A stretch of 64,000 nucleotides of DNA, from the NCBI GenBank assembly GCA_964016885.1, contig OZ024742.1:345340001-345404000 (forward strand). Direction: 5' to 3'. Made by a program: the position numbers and the translations under genes. The notes below the pieces were generated by a model, which made no database searches, was not told where the DNA came from, and was given only the letters and a program-made list of their open reading frames with translations. How positions within the stretch are numbered: position 1 is the stretch's first letter; every line of letters begins with the position of its first letter. Positions 1 through 13,390 of this stretch are shown one piece after another. The DNA comes from Eledone cirrhosa (taxonomy: Eukaryota).

Positions 1-173
1 AAAAAAGTACTTTCATTTTATATTCATCTTTTCTACATTTCCTCCGGAATATAATTTATACTCGTTGAGCAAACCTACACGTACGCTGTTCATCTCTAAC
101 GTGACGATATATTATCACTACATTATTGATAACTTCAAATGTTTATATATATATATTTATATATATATATACG

Positions 174-735
174 TTATTCTGGGTTGAATCGGAGGTAACC
201 ACAGTAAGTAAGGTACTCAATACATAGCAGAGTATAAAAGTTTTAATATACATGAGATTCTACAGGACTAGAACTGTTTCATTCTTTGGAAATCATCAGG
301 AATCTGGGTATCAAAAAATAAATATGGTATTTATAGGTCTCTTCGGGTGGTAGGAGAGGGTAAGGAGTGGGATAGGTCGAGGTAATTGGTTGATAGAAAA
401 GGGAATTTATTAAAAGCTAATTCTTTAAAGCTATAATTTTATATTTAGAGTAACAAAGGCAGAAAGAATTCTATAAACAAGTTCAGGATGGTGTGCCATT
501 CTTTATTTATTTTTCTCTTAAGCTAACAATGCCTATATTTCAGGTGTCTATAAGATCGTTGGAGGTCAGTCATGGTTGATGGATTTAAAGAAAAGGGAAA
601 TCCTTTAAAAGCTAATTCTTTAAGGTTCTACTTAGTGACAAAGGCCTAGAGAATTCTATAGACCAGTTCAAACTATTGAGTGCATATCATACCATTATCT
701 TCAAATTTTTCTTAAACTATATTCCAAAAGTCAAC
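174..735 (-). mobile_element. Penelope-like element (PLE) 3' end / pLTR fragment carrying a hammerhead ribozyme
   Basis: Sits between (TA)n/(CA)n tracts. Contains an HHR at 255-305. The terminal ~130 bp is shared with 7143-7270. Has an internal ~195-bp diverged duplication (gaaaaggg...aaaagctaattcttt...gaattctata, twice). Confidence 0.6.
255..305 (-). ncRNA. Type I hammerhead ribozyme (family A)
   Basis: Minus strand reads agattc-CTGATGA-tttccaaagaat-GAAA-cag ttctagtc ctg-TA-gaatct. Stem I is agattc/gaatct, stem III is ACAG/CTGT, and the cleavage triplet is GUA. Stem II is short with a U.U closing pair. Confidence 0.7.
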
Positions 736-750
736 AGACAGATTCACAAA

Positions 751-790
751 CACACACACTCACACACACACACTCGCGCGCACCCACACA

Positions 791-825
<35 letters not shown>

Positions 826-878
826 AATATATACACATATATATACATATATATATACATATACATATATATACACAC

Positions 879-960
<82 letters not shown>

Positions 961-1061
961 ATATATATAATATATACACACATACACACATGTACACATA
1001 TACACACACATATATATATATATACATATATATATACATATATACACACATATACACATAT

Positions 1062-1092
<31 letters not shown>

Positions 1093-1127
1093 CACACATT
1101 CATATACATATATATATATACACACAC

Positions 1128-1158
<31 letters not shown>

Positions 1159-1196
1159 TGTATATATATATATATATATACATATATAAATATATA
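751..1196. repeat. Compound (CA)n/(TA)n/(TACATA)n microsatellite
   Basis: Directly visible; source of the YIYI/HTHT ORFs. Confidence 0.95.
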
Positions 1197-1963
<767 letters not shown>

Positions 1964-1982
1964 TCGATGCAAACGTAATTCT

Positions 1983-2690
1983 GGATAGTTAATGTCTTGT
2001 ATTATTAAATAATTAATAAGTCTCACTAATGAAAGTTCAAATCCTGATATAAATAATTATGTATTTATTTGTGATGTTAATTGTATTTCTTCAGAACCAG
2101 AAACACCATTCTCTAAACATTTATTATAACTACATATATTACTAATGTATTGTAAGTAATACTTCATTGTTCTAATTCATTGTATGGTTTTTCTATGTGT
2201 CTTATACAAGATATTGAAATTATTGTACCTTTATAACATCTGTATGTGTTACCGTAGCGTCAAATTTGTGTCGATAGGGTATTGGTTAATAAATCGATAT
2301 TTTTATATAACTATATTTACATTGTATATTCACACACCCATTTTTTAATATAACGGTTGAGATGCTTCACGAGATGAAAGGAGCTATTTTTAGCATTCCG
2401 CACTGACCAAGACTATAGCAGTTTCTATCTGGTCGTACGACATTCAACAGGGGAGCTTGTCTCCCGACTCAAACTTAATTACGGACAGTTAATGTCTTGT
2501 ATAATTAAGTAATTAATAAGTTTGTCTCCCTAATGAATGCTCAAATCATGACATTACTAATTACCCTTTAATGGTGATGATCATTGTTTCCTCAGAACCA
2601 GAAACAATGTTAGTTCAACATTTATTAGAACTATATATTACTGATGTAATGTAAGTAATATTTCATTCTTCTAATTGATTATAGGTGTTT
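1983..2690 (+). repeat. Diverged ~200-bp direct duplication (1983-2185 and 2483-2685), each copy containing an exon-like AG...GTAAGT unit
   Basis: Both copies read gga(t/c)agttaatgtcttgtat...cagAACCAGAAACA...gtaagtaata. Confidence 0.75.
2596..2650 (+). CDS. Candidate 55-nt internal coding exon of an unknown host gene ((E)PETMLVQHLLELYITDV)
   Basis: Acceptor tgtttcctcag and donor gtaagt, with an open frame. The paralogous copy at 2095-2151 has GAA>TAA and a 2-nt insertion. Confidence 0.3.
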
Positions 2691-3408
2691 TACACATATT
2701 AAAATAGGGGTTTTGTTTGGGGAAGACCAGCTGTTACCCATGCATACCACCCTCCCATCTCCGCACCTCCAATGTTTTCCAATGGTAAGGTAATGGCTGA
2801 TATGCCTTGGAAGCACTGAAGTCGCTACTCCTTTGCATGTGTGGTTCTGTACAAGAATGGTGGTCCGATTGAATAAGTCATCTTATCAATGGTAGGGCAG
2901 TGCAAGTGTGGTAGGGTGCGGGCCATGCGGGTACCTCGCGATTCAAACGACCATATCATCAGTTCCTCCACTCGGGGCTCAGATCTGAGAAACAATAGAT
3001 GGCATCTGAGGTGGTGGAGTACTTTGTGCTGTTTCTGTGATATGAAGATATTGTAGCTCCTGTATAGAGCAATAGAAAGGGTCTTGGAAATTCCAAATTT
3101 AGACCATATTCCATCACGAATCAGAAGAATGGTCGTGGTAAATAAACAGGTACACAATGTGGAGGTGAGAATTTGCTATGAAACAATGGTGCAATGTTGA
3201 ACCAAGCAAAGTGTATGACTTGGGAATGGGTTTAGGAAGAGTGGAAGATTGGATGGAAGAAATGTTCATTATGGGTGCCATCTAGAACCATATTTCTCGT
3301 TCACTCCGTCTACCTCATGTTTCATAGTTTCAGAAACCTAAAACGCTGGAGAGCAGAGGTGAGTGGACTGTGCAAATGCGCGAAGGCTGGAATGATAAAG
3401 AATATACT

Positions 3409-3503
<95 letters not shown>

Positions 3504-4384
3504 ACTAGTTTTCGTACAGTGTACAGTTTCTCTCAACAGAATTATCCTCACAAATTATTGGCAAACTAAAAGCAATGGTATGGAAGAAAATATTTCTCAA
3601 TATACTGAGCAGTGAGATCAAACCCCTAACACGCTAACACGGTTATCTGAAACAAACCTCTTAATCATGCGGCCCTGAGTCTTCCAAATATTCACAACCA
3701 AAACAAATCATTATCTAACTTGCTTCTCTACAACCAAACCTGATCGTATAATATTAAATGATTGGAAATTATTTATGCAGATTTACCTCAGGAATATTTC
3801 GCTACAGTATAGAATTCTCTATTCTATTTAATAACACAAAATAACTGTAATATTATATTAATATTCAAGAACAACAAAAAGCCATTCTTTATAATATCCT
3901 CAATATATCTCTTCATATATAATACAATAACGATTTATAGTGATGATTAAAAATATTCAAAATAAATACAAAAATATCATAAAAAGAATACTTTTACGAA
4001 ATAATTTATTAGACATTAACACTGAAAGATTCCTATTTTTATTACATTTAAATTTTTACACTTTCTCTACAGCCTGCTATAAAATATTTTTCCTTTTTTT
4101 TTAGTAACAGTGCTGGTGAAACTGTTATTTTCTCTCACATTTCATATTATATATTTTTCATAATGTACTTGAAATGAAATCAGGATTTTATCGTAAAATA
4201 AAATTATTCATTACTTATTTATATTTTTCTTCTACTCAATAGAATTCATATTTTTATTGCAAACGTAAATCCCTCAGGTGAGACTAAACGATTGCGGTGT
4301 CATTTGCGTGCTTATCTACTGAACACTGAGAGGACATCTTGATTTCAGTTACCACTGTTATAACTTCTGTGTGTGTGTGTTTCA

Positions 4385-4530
4385 ACAGAACAACCTGCTC
4401 GTGAAATTCGCGGGCAAATGTCTGAGCATTCCACAGACACGTGTAGCATTAACGTAAATCATATTGAGATACAGCATGACATAGAATGCGACAAGCCTGA
4501 CTCCTTGAATTACAGGTTCAACTGATCTTT
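4385..4530 (+). mobile_element. Dispersed repeat family (ctgctcgtgaaatt...cagcgtgacacag...gaattacagg); related pieces at ~12600-12680(-), 31120-31200, 38120-38270, 52430-52600 and 55610-55700(-)
   Basis: Recurrent shared motifs across the window; probably a SINE or LINE-tail family. Confidence 0.55.
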
Positions 4531-4879
4531 TCCAGATTTTACAGCTTGTATTGAGGTCACTATATTTATTAAAATCACATTTGAAGGTAATTAATTTTCT
4601 TCACCATCGCAAGTAACAGAGAAAGGCATGAAGGTCACAGGGCCTTAGATTCCTTTTCTATAAATACCTACCCTTACCCTGAAATAAATCAATTTGTAGG
4701 AACATCAAATGCTGTTCCGTCATACATCACTTTCTCCTCTGTGTCTAGTCTACTTTGCAGCCAAAGAGTGGCGTGTGGCACAATTCTTCTTCAATCGGTA
4801 CCGTTCTTGATGATGAGTACACCCGCATCAGAATAGCCCCGTGACTTGGTATTCACATGAGTGATCCACATAAAAACAG

Positions 4880-5285
4880 CCATAATCAACGAATTCAGAC
4901 TACACCCACTCTCGTGTGACCACAACGCGGGTAGGTTTTCTCGGCACAGTTTCTTGAACAATGTTATCAATGTTATCAGAAATAGTATTGAGGCAACCAG
5001 CTTCCATCACAGATGATTTCTATCGGACTTGAAGGCGGTGAGAGTAATTACCCAAACTGGAAAACTTTTATCGTGTTTCAGGAGGAAGAGTAACACCTAG
5101 GATGCCATATGTTACGACACATCCTCAAGTACACACATAACCGCGTCGGCCACAAACCCGGCCATCACCACCCACTTCGCAGAGGAACGGAAGATAAATA
5201 AACACCAAGCATTAACTGTCCACTTCCTATTTTGTTCCGGCGGTCACCATTGAAACCTCTCTGGCATCCTCGGTCCCCGGAAAAC
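4880..5285 (+). mobile_element. Decayed CRE-clade LINE restriction-like endonuclease fragment
   Basis: Frameshifted translation DAICYDTSSSTHITASATNPAITTHFAEERKINKHQAL...VTIETS parallels [24 protein letters not shown]..VETS at 22 kb and 30.6 kb. Confidence 0.6.
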
Positions 5286-5779
5286 CGCTTTTCTCCCCCA
5301 ACCAAGGAGAAGGGAATCTCCCCGGAGAAAGAAGCAACGTAAAGTGAATATCGTTACCCATTCTCAGACCTGTCAACCTCTAAAAATACAAAATCGGACT
5401 ACCATGAAAAAGGTGCCCCGAAATGAGGAGAAATGAGGCAAAAAGGGGAGATTTTACATAATGAAAGCTATACCCATTTTCACAAGAGGAGATATCTCTC
5501 ACCCACCCCAAATTGGGTGGGAGATCTCCCCGTCTGAAAGTTGACAGATCTGATTGTGCATGGCAATGCTTTCACCACGTTGTCTGAATTGTGTAGCTGA
5601 GATATGTATGTATGTATGTATGTATAGTCCCGTAACTCCTGATAGTGTCCTAACGGCGCCATATTGACATAACACCTTTCTTGAGCCCATCCCTCTCCAG
5701 GTCTGAATACAGCAGATATCTTCCGGTGCAAGATAGAAAGTGAGAAAGAGGAAGTGAGAAAGTGATATAGAGTAAGAAT

Positions 5780-5936
5780 CAACCCCAGTACTAGACTGGA
5801 ACTTTTTTATCGACCTCAAAAGGATGAAAAGCAAAGTTGATTTCGATGGTTATATGAACTCAGAGAGCAGAGAACCGGAACAAATACCATAAAGTATTCT
5901 ATCCGACGTTCTAACGAATCTACCAGTTCTCCACCG
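5780..5936 (-). mobile_element. tRNA-derived SINE with Deu/Nin-type domain (older copy)
   Basis: Reverse complement of ctgagttca...aactttgcttttcatcctttt gaggtcgataaaa...ccag. Confidence 0.75.
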
Positions 5937-6456
5937 TAGTTGATATACACCCTCCGGGAAAGTGTGTAGAGTGTATGCCTTCATCGTTTTTCACACACCC
6001 CATCTCATTTATTTATTTTTCTCTCTATTTCCTCCATTTAAAAAAAAAACTTTTTTAAATGTTCCTGTCTGTAAATATATATATTTGAATTATTTATAGG
6101 GAGAGAATTGTAGCATACAAAACATGATATATATTTAGCCTGGAATAAAGCAATGGTTGGCTAGAGTTAGCTTACATTAGGCTTAAATTAGTATGACGTC
6201 CGTAATAAATATTCTTACTAAACAGGAACAAATATTTTTTTTTATATTTCGAGACGTTCCTATGAGGATCCTAAAAGTTGGCATTCGTTACTACAGAATC
6301 GGAATTCTGTAGATATAATAGACATATAATCCGATATAGGAAAATGAACATTTTATGATGAATGTTTTGGAAGACTCCCATCTATACTTTTTTATATATA
6401 CATCTATATATGTATACATGTGTATTTTATATATGTTTATAGATATATGTAATCAG

Positions 6457-6525
<69 letters not shown>

Positions 6526-6550
6526 TATATATATATTTATACATAAATAA

Positions 6551-6606
<56 letters not shown>

Positions 6607-6778
6607 ATTGGTTATTCTCATTTTAAATGAGTAGTAATCTAAAAGAGTGTGAATTAAAGGAAAATCGATAACTGGTGTACTGCATTGCTGGTAATCGGTA
6701 ATCTCACTATTCTGATGAAGTAGTAAACTATCTCGTATTTATAGTTAACTAAAACCAAAATGAAGTTATTTCTATAAA

Positions 6779-6821
<43 letters not shown>

Positions 6822-6822
<1 letters not shown>

Positions 6823-7037
6823 AATGGCGGGAAGCGACTGAGATTCCCCCCTGGACAGGATGCCAGTCCATTGAAGGGCTAAACCTCCAGCTATTACTGG
6901 TACTCATTTTCAGCTGAGTATACTGGAGCAACGTGAAATGAAGTGTTTTGCTCAAGAACACAACACACCACCCAGGAATCGAACCCACAACGTTATGGTC
7001 GTAAGTCCAACAACTTTACCACTAGGCCACGTGCCTC

Positions 7038-7038
<1 letters not shown>
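6822..7038 (-). mobile_element. tRNA-derived SINE, CORE-like family (gtgttcttgagcaaaacacttcatttcacgttgctccag)
   Basis: A box tggcctagtgg and B box ggttcgattcc on the minus strand; homologous to 57591-57870. Confidence 0.85.
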
Positions 7039-7092
<54 letters not shown>

Positions 7093-7142
7093 GTATATTT
7101 GAATATATGTGTATATATATATATTTATATACATATATAAGT

Positions 7143-7325
7143 TTATCCCGGGTTCAATCGGGGGTAACCACAGTAAGTAAGGTACTCAATACATAGCAGA
7201 GTATAAATATTTCATATACAAATGGCTTCTATAGGACTTGTACTGTTTCATTCTGGAGAAATCGCCGGAAAGCCCTGATGATTTCTCCCGAATGAAACAG
7301 TTCTAGTCCCGTAGAAGCCATTTCT
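7143..7325. mobile_element. PLE terminus folded back on itself: two head-to-head family-A hammerhead copies
   Basis: Arms ~7219-7268 and 7274-7324 are reverse complements. The + copy has CTGATGA at 7275 and GAAAC at 7294. The - copy has a mutated core but retains stem I. Confidence 0.7.
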
Positions 7326-7344
7326 ATATATGTGCATTGTATGT

Positions 7345-7572
7345 CATTTCTGTTTGTGGATAGTGTGGAAAAAAGTGTGCCACAGTTGGGGGACTGAAAC
7401 GTCATTTGCAGAAGCACCAAAACAGGACCGTAACACCTACTGCGAGAGGCATCCATTGTTGCAACGTCTGTGCAAGAGTGTGCAAGTCTATTGCAGGACT
7501 AAAGGCCACATCCGTGCTGCCGTTACTTAAATATCAAGCCACAGCATTACTCGAAATCGAGTTGCAGCCATC

Positions 7573-7573
<1 letters not shown>
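7345..7573 (+). mobile_element. RTE-type LINE 3' end with two C2H2 zinc fingers (decayed)
   Basis: Translates as VCG*CGKKCATVGGLKRHLQKH...CNVCARVCKSIAGLK(fs)HIRA, followed by a short ctcgaaatcgag..gccatcat tail. Comparable to the zinc finger ending the 44.8-48 kb RTE. Confidence 0.6.
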
Positions 7574-7620
<47 letters not shown>

Positions 7621-8035
7621 CCTAAACGGACGGTAGTCCGTTTAGTAATATTGTTGTGGTCGTGTTTTCGTTGGCAATCGTCTGTTTACGACAGTACAGC
7701 ACGGCTCTACTTTATTTAACTGAGATAAAACTTATATGAGCACGAACAGTAGATCATTACGCATCTTTTGGCTTAAAATCTATAAATTTGGTCCAGCGGG
7801 AAAAATTTTATAATCAAAGTTTGCTGATAAATCTTGTGTTCAAGTGAGTGAGTAGTAAGCGTGACGCTAGGGGAGGTAATCCAGAAATGACGTAGCTTTG
7901 TCATTAAGCCAGTTGCCTCAACTAGATTGCAATTATACTCAAAAGAACTTTAAAATGTCAATCACTTGTCAGTAATTCACTATGATCATTTAATTATTAG
8001 ATAGTTGTTGCTTGCATTGCCTTAAAAAATAGTAG

Positions 8036-9093
8036 ACCAGATAGAAAAATGCGTACAGCAAAAAAAAGGAATATTGTTGGAATATAAACCTTTAAAAGTA
8101 CAGGACAAGAAACTAAAATAAAACTTTAAAAGAATAGGACAAGAAACTAAGATAAAACTTTAAAAGAATAGGACAAGAAACTAAGATAAAACTTTAAAGA
8201 ATTGGACAAGAAATAAAAAAATTTACAATAATATTAGTGGCAACATTTTTTTATTCGTTTCCTGTACTATGCCCCAGTATCTTCTTGATTAGTGCATACA
8301 AATGTTCATGCTCTCACTGTGCGTTGCCCCTGAGCGGTTGGTTCAGGTTGGGGTAGGTTGGCTGATCAGTTCTGCTCCGTCAGAATGACCATTGCAAGAA
8401 GAATTGGCCGATGCAGCTGCAGGTCTCCTCCAAGGATGCACTTCTGGTCCCGCAACACCAGACGAAGATGGAGAAGACGACCGGGACAAGATGTCGACTC
8501 TGACCACCGACTACGGCACCTCCCTCAACCACCGGTTCTCCCTCCCTCTGTCCCGTCATCCCTCCAGTCCTCCTGCTCCCCCTTCCTGTACCAGAAAGCT
8601 GTGGCACGCATTCATCTGGACTGCCGGACTTGAACTCAAGGACAAGATGCAAGGAGAGGATGGACGGGTTGGTCAAGATCAAGGATGAGCGGGACGACAA
8701 GACCGTCCGCTGCTGCTCAAGATCTGTGCTCATGGACCCATGGGTCCATTCACATTATGCATGACACATGAGGCGTGTCGCCGAATGATGAAATAGGGGT
8801 ATGGTTATGGCCCAATTGGTGTTCAAACCAGGATCAAATGATCCCCTCGGTCTGACGACGACCTCTGAATGTGGAACCCAGAGCCTATGAATGTGGAACT
8901 CGATTTTTTACCAATAAAGATTTTTCCCCTAATATTATTGTAAAATTTTTTATTTCTTGTCCAATTCTTTAAAGTTTTATCTTAGTTTCTTGTCCTATTC
9001 TTTTAAAGTTTTATTTTAGTTTCTTGTCCTGTATTTTTAAAGGTTTATATTCCAACAATATTACTTTTTTTTGCTGTACGCATTTTTCTATCT

Positions 9094-9096
<3 letters not shown>
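8036..9096. mobile_element. Non-autonomous DNA transposon with long TIRs (8036-8237 and 8929-9096), 34-bp subterminal repeats and a GC-rich interior
   Basis: accagatagaaaaatgcgtacagc... matches ...gctgtacgcatttttctatctggt. The unit ggacaagaaactaagataaaactttaaaagaata is repeated in both arms. Confidence 0.85.
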
Positions 9097-9142
<46 letters not shown>

Positions 9143-9289
9143 CCAGGGAGTGTAACATGAAGTTACTGTAGGTTCACCCAGGTGAGAACTCGATGTTTAG
9201 GTTCACGTCAGTGGCGAGGGGTAGAGCTAGACAGAGTATAATATATTAATTTAATAATACAGGGACGATTTGTTTGTTAAGCCTTCATT

Positions 9290-9472
9290 ATTGGCAGTAT
9301 CGGTAGAGGGTCGGACGCCATGCTTTGACGCATAGAGTTACGGCCCTTGCCATTCTGAGTTCAAATCCCGCCGAGGTTAACTTTGCCTTTCATCCTTACG
9401 GGATCGATAAAACAAAGTACCAGTAATGTACTGGGTAATTGCTGGCCTTGTGCCACAAGTAGAAACAATTAT
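9290..9472 (+). mobile_element. Deu/Nin-domain tRNA-derived SINE (young subfamily)
   Basis: Reads ttggcagtatcggtag (A box)...gagttcaaatccc (B box)...gcctttcatccttacggg.tcgataaaa.aaagtaccag...gtagaaacaatt. Confidence 0.9.
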
Positions 9473-9849
9473 GTATATTGATTGGTGACGCACGTTTCAC
9501 TATTGATCAGCAGAGGTCCGACGAACTTTTGATTCCAGAGTCGGGTCAGATCGATACAGATGGAAAATATATATGTGTGTGGGGGGAGTGGATATTTGTG
9601 CTCGTATGTGTGTGTGTGTTTGTGTGTGTGTGTGTGGGGGGGGGTATTTGTGCGCGTATGTGTGTGTGTGTTTGTGTGTGTCTGTGTGTTTGTCTGTGTG
9701 TGTATGTCTGTGTCTGTCTGTGTGCGGATATGATGTTAGCAACCCAGACTAGTAGGATCATTAGTACTCCATACTTTGATGAAAGTAGACTGTAAATATT
9801 ATTAAGAAATGAAACAATTTCAGCTTGAACCTAAGGTATACATGTCTAA

Positions 9850-10050
9850 TAATAATGATTTCTGAATTAGGTACATGGCCAAACATTTTCAGAGAGAAGG
9901 AAAAGTCGATTAGATCGACCCATTACGTAACTGGTACTTTATTTCATCGACCCAGTAAGGATGAAAGGCAAAGCTTAGCTTCAGCGGGATTTGAACTCAG
10001 ACCGTAAATAGCCGTAATTGTATGCCACTAAGTATGTTGTCTGGCGGGGA
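9850..10050 (-). mobile_element. Deu/Nin-domain SINE (older copy)
   Basis: ctggtactttattt..tcgaccc..aaggatgaaaggcaaag..gggatttgaactcag. Confidence 0.8.
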
Positions 10051-10799
10051 TAATGGACACCTATAAAGATCATGAACACCCATAACGAATCTCACCCCAA
10101 GATTTGAAATATATCGCACAATATCGCCAAAACAAAACTAAATTTCATCAGAAAATATTCCCTTATCAAAACTATATTTCATGTATTCATATATATTCCT
10201 TTGTTGACACTGGAACCACGGCAAAATGTTCAACCGGTTGAAAAACGGCCACAACAAGACGGAGAGTTTCCAAACCCAGAATAATAACAACAAAAATATC
10301 AACAGTAAATCAAATGAAAACAACAATACAATGAAATTCGATGCATGTAAATAACACTCATAACATTATTGATTATTGATATGTTAACAGTGTTCAAGTT
10401 GTGAAAACACTGGTTTAAGGAAATATAGATAAAAAGACGATATAAATACAAGCAATTACAATAAAACTAACAATAAAACAAATAACCACCGTATTATTCT
10501 GCAGTGAATAAATTTACTGAAGTATACATTTTGAATTTAAGGAATTTAAGTCCAGTGCGTACAAAAACGTACAAAACGGTACCTGATAAAAACGATGATA
10601 TTTTAAATGTAGAGCCATAGACACATAAATGAACGAAAGAGGAATATGTTCCGATACTATATGCATATTTTACGGAAATATTATTCAGTAAACCTGAATA
10701 TACAACAGTATACATGTATACAATGTGGGAGAAAAATTACCCACTCTGTGATTTAAATCTCGACCCCAAACATAAAGATTTAATTCCGGACAACAATAG

Positions 10800-11003
10800 G
10801 ATAATTGTTTCTACTTTGGGAACAATACCAGCAATTAAACCAGTGCATTACTGGTACTTTATTTTATCTACCCCGTAAAGATGAAAGGCAAAGTTAACCT
10901 CAGCAGGATTTGAACTCAGACCGTAAAAGACCGTAAAGGGCCGTAACTCTATGAAGCGAAACATGGCATCCGACTCTCTACCGATACTGCCAATCCACCG
11001 CCC
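10800..11003 (-). mobile_element. Deu/Nin-domain SINE
   Basis: Reverse complement of the 9290 consensus. Confidence 0.88.
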
Positions 11004-11049
11004 ATTAGAATAACGAGAGAAAAATACAAGCTCTGAACAATGTAAGATC

Positions 11050-11195
11050 ACCTTATACAGCCGAGCTCCTCCGTAAAATCGGAACGTCAGCAGTTCATCA
11101 AAGGAAGGAGCCCCGCGAGGTGGGGTGGCTGTTGCAGCGGTGTCACTGGCCATTGTCCACGGAAATACCTTTGCAGTTTTGTCTGCGTGGTGCAG
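11050..11195 (+). mobile_element. CRE-clade LINE extreme 3' fragment
   Basis: Frameshifted RKEPREVGWLLQR..LAIVHGNTFAVLSA, equivalent to WLFQRISIAVHRGNAFSILSA at 30.87-30.93 kb. Confidence 0.6.
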
Positions 11196-11204
11196 TCGAA
11201 ACTC

Positions 11205-11326
11205 CACCCAGCTGGAGACAGTTGCTTTTGGCAGGACTCACTGGAAAGAGTGTTGGAAGACTCTGTCCTCATCACCTTCTCAGGAATAAGTGGGTGAAGA
11301 AGAAGAAGAAGAAGAAGAAGAAGAAG
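11205..11326 (+). mobile_element. RTE-type LINE 3' tail ending in (GAA)n
   Basis: cccagctggagacagttgc...ctggaaagagtgtt..gactct...caggaata..gaagaagaag; homologous to 41215-41330(-). Confidence 0.7.
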
Positions 11327-11329
11327 CTA

Positions 11330-11525
11330 TTAATTTCTAATTCAGGCACAAGGCCAGTAAATTTGGTGGAAGGGTAAAGTTGATTAACTCAACCCCAGTG
11401 CTTGGCCAGTACTTTTATTTTATCGACCCTGAAAGAACAAAATGTAGAGATTATCTCGGCAGGATTTGAAATCAGAACCAGAAGAATTACCGCGATAGTT
11501 TTTATTAACCAACGTTCTACCAATT
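11330..11525 (-). mobile_element. Deu/Nin-domain SINE (older copy)
   Basis: ggcacaaggccag...ttttatcgaccc...ctcggcaggatttgaa. Confidence 0.75.
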
Positions 11526-12431
11526 CTTGACACGTTCATAGACATTAATTTGTTATTTGTCAAAGAATTCATTTCGTTCGTTTAGAATCTTCTATTCAAC
11601 TGGAAACCCTTAATTCTTTTCTTTGGTCTATAAAATTGTAAGGATTACATATAAGCTAATTATTTAAATTAATTAAATTAAATGAAAGTAGAAAACAGAA
11701 TTATTCGATAAACTGTTTCCGAAATGATAGAATACAAGAAGTAAATGAAATTATTTTAACATTAGAAAGCCATAAAACATTTTTTGAATATTTATTTCAA
11801 AATATATCGCCTTCCGATCATTTCCTTGTATTTATATGAAATGGTCCCTTTAAGAAAATAACAAACCTAGATTTTAACGTAATAATACTATCTTTATATC
11901 TTCTCATTTAAACTGTTTTTATAAAAGAAAATCAGCTTCTTTAATATTCATATATTTTTGTTTCCAATACAAAATAATTTTTTTTTCTAGTGTAATCATA
12001 TCTTTAAAATAAATTTTAATTATAGTTTTAAAATATCAAAAATCTTACCAAACTACAATTTTTTCCATTCAACTCTAGATTTGATATTTTAGCGACTTTA
12101 CTTTTTAATTAGTTGTTTTCGGAATATTCATTTCAGTAAACACTCTGACAATATACATGTTCTTGTATTAATATTGATTGCCGGCTTCTGACGATGTTTG
12201 CCTCATTTTAATAAGGTTTTAATCAGTTTTTAATCGATATCAACCTAGAACTTTTCTTTGTTATTTTACAGCAAATCTATTGCTTTTTAAAATGTTGTTT
12301 ATTTCTGTTATGTGAATAATCGTTTGAACTATATAGCGTCTAAGTGTTCACCAGTTCAAATCTCAATACAAGGCGCAGGAAAGCAAGTTTAATAAAGAAT
12401 AGAAGTCTGAACGATTTATGTGCCGTATAAA

Positions 12432-12570
12432 CATCGCGAGTCCTTGTCGTTAGCGTGTTCGGCTCATAATCATAGTGGCTTACTTTCGAATCCCGGTGAT
12501 GTGTTGTGTTATTGAACAAGACACTATATTTCATTCTGTTCCAGTACACTCCGTTGGCAAAAATGAGTTC
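12432..12570 (+). mobile_element. CORE-like tRNA SINE (decayed); further copies at 14388-14520(+), 25215-25456(-) and 38250-38385(-)
   Basis: Contains a ttgaacaagacactatatttca..ctgttccagtacactc variant of the core seen at 6822 and 57591. Confidence 0.7.
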
Positions 12571-12721
12571 TTACTATAATTCAAAGAGACGGCTTTGTCA
12601 CTTTGACTCTGCCTGAGAACTAAATTAAAAGCAGATGTGTCTGGAATACACAACCACTGGCACGCTGATTTCACGAGCAAGAAGTTCCAAACAACTAAAA
12701 CACTTGTAGTCTAAACAGAAA

Positions 12722-12803
<82 letters not shown>

Positions 12804-13129
12804 GATTTCCTCTGTTTTCAGTTTGTGAGTCTGACAATGCCTAGCTAGATATCATCTAAAGTGGTTGGAGAAACCAAGCTAAATGACATTTTAGCTCTTA
12901 CCATCATGTAAGGATCTAGCAGAAAATACTTAGAAACAAGTTTGTTTATTCAAATATGTATTGTATATTTATTCGTTGGACAGTAAAGTAAAGATAAGAT
13001 TTCAATTGTTAATGTGCTGTTAACGTATTACTGTGTTATACTTCTCGAGGCGAGAGTAACTTGCTCTTGTGGGTTCATGTGACACAGGACGTTAGCAGGG
13101 CAACAGAAACAAAGATAGATATAGATTTA

Positions 13130-13390
13130 GGAAGAGGTTATTTTGCCGGTAAATATTTTTTTTATATTATGAAGGCAGGTGATAAAAATAAAAAAGATTT
13201 AACACAGAAGTTTATTTATTTTCACCACCAATTGTAGAGACAATTTAAAATCTAATCCTAACCCTAACCCTATCTCTATTTATATTTACCACCAAAATAG
13301 GCTGAGGGGGTCTGTTTTACTGAGACCGGTAAAATAAGCTTTAAAAGCATGTTTGTCTATTTTACCGGGACCGTCAAAATAGCTTATTCG
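13130..13390. mobile_element. Decayed MITE with imperfect TIRs and an internal cctaaccctaaccct motif
   Basis: gaagaggttattttgccggtaaata at the left matches tattttaccgggaccgtcaaaatagcttattc at the right. Confidence 0.45.

Noticed and set aside
2700-3410. 110-aa minus-strand ORF in a moderately GC-rich block
   Set aside because: Possibly a PLE 5' region (HLLFLRS), but there is no diagnostic motif I can support.
7345-7530. Host C2H2 zinc-finger gene
   Set aside because: No TGEKP linkers, it contains a stop and a frameshift, and it ends in a LINE-type tail; better explained as an RTE C-terminus.
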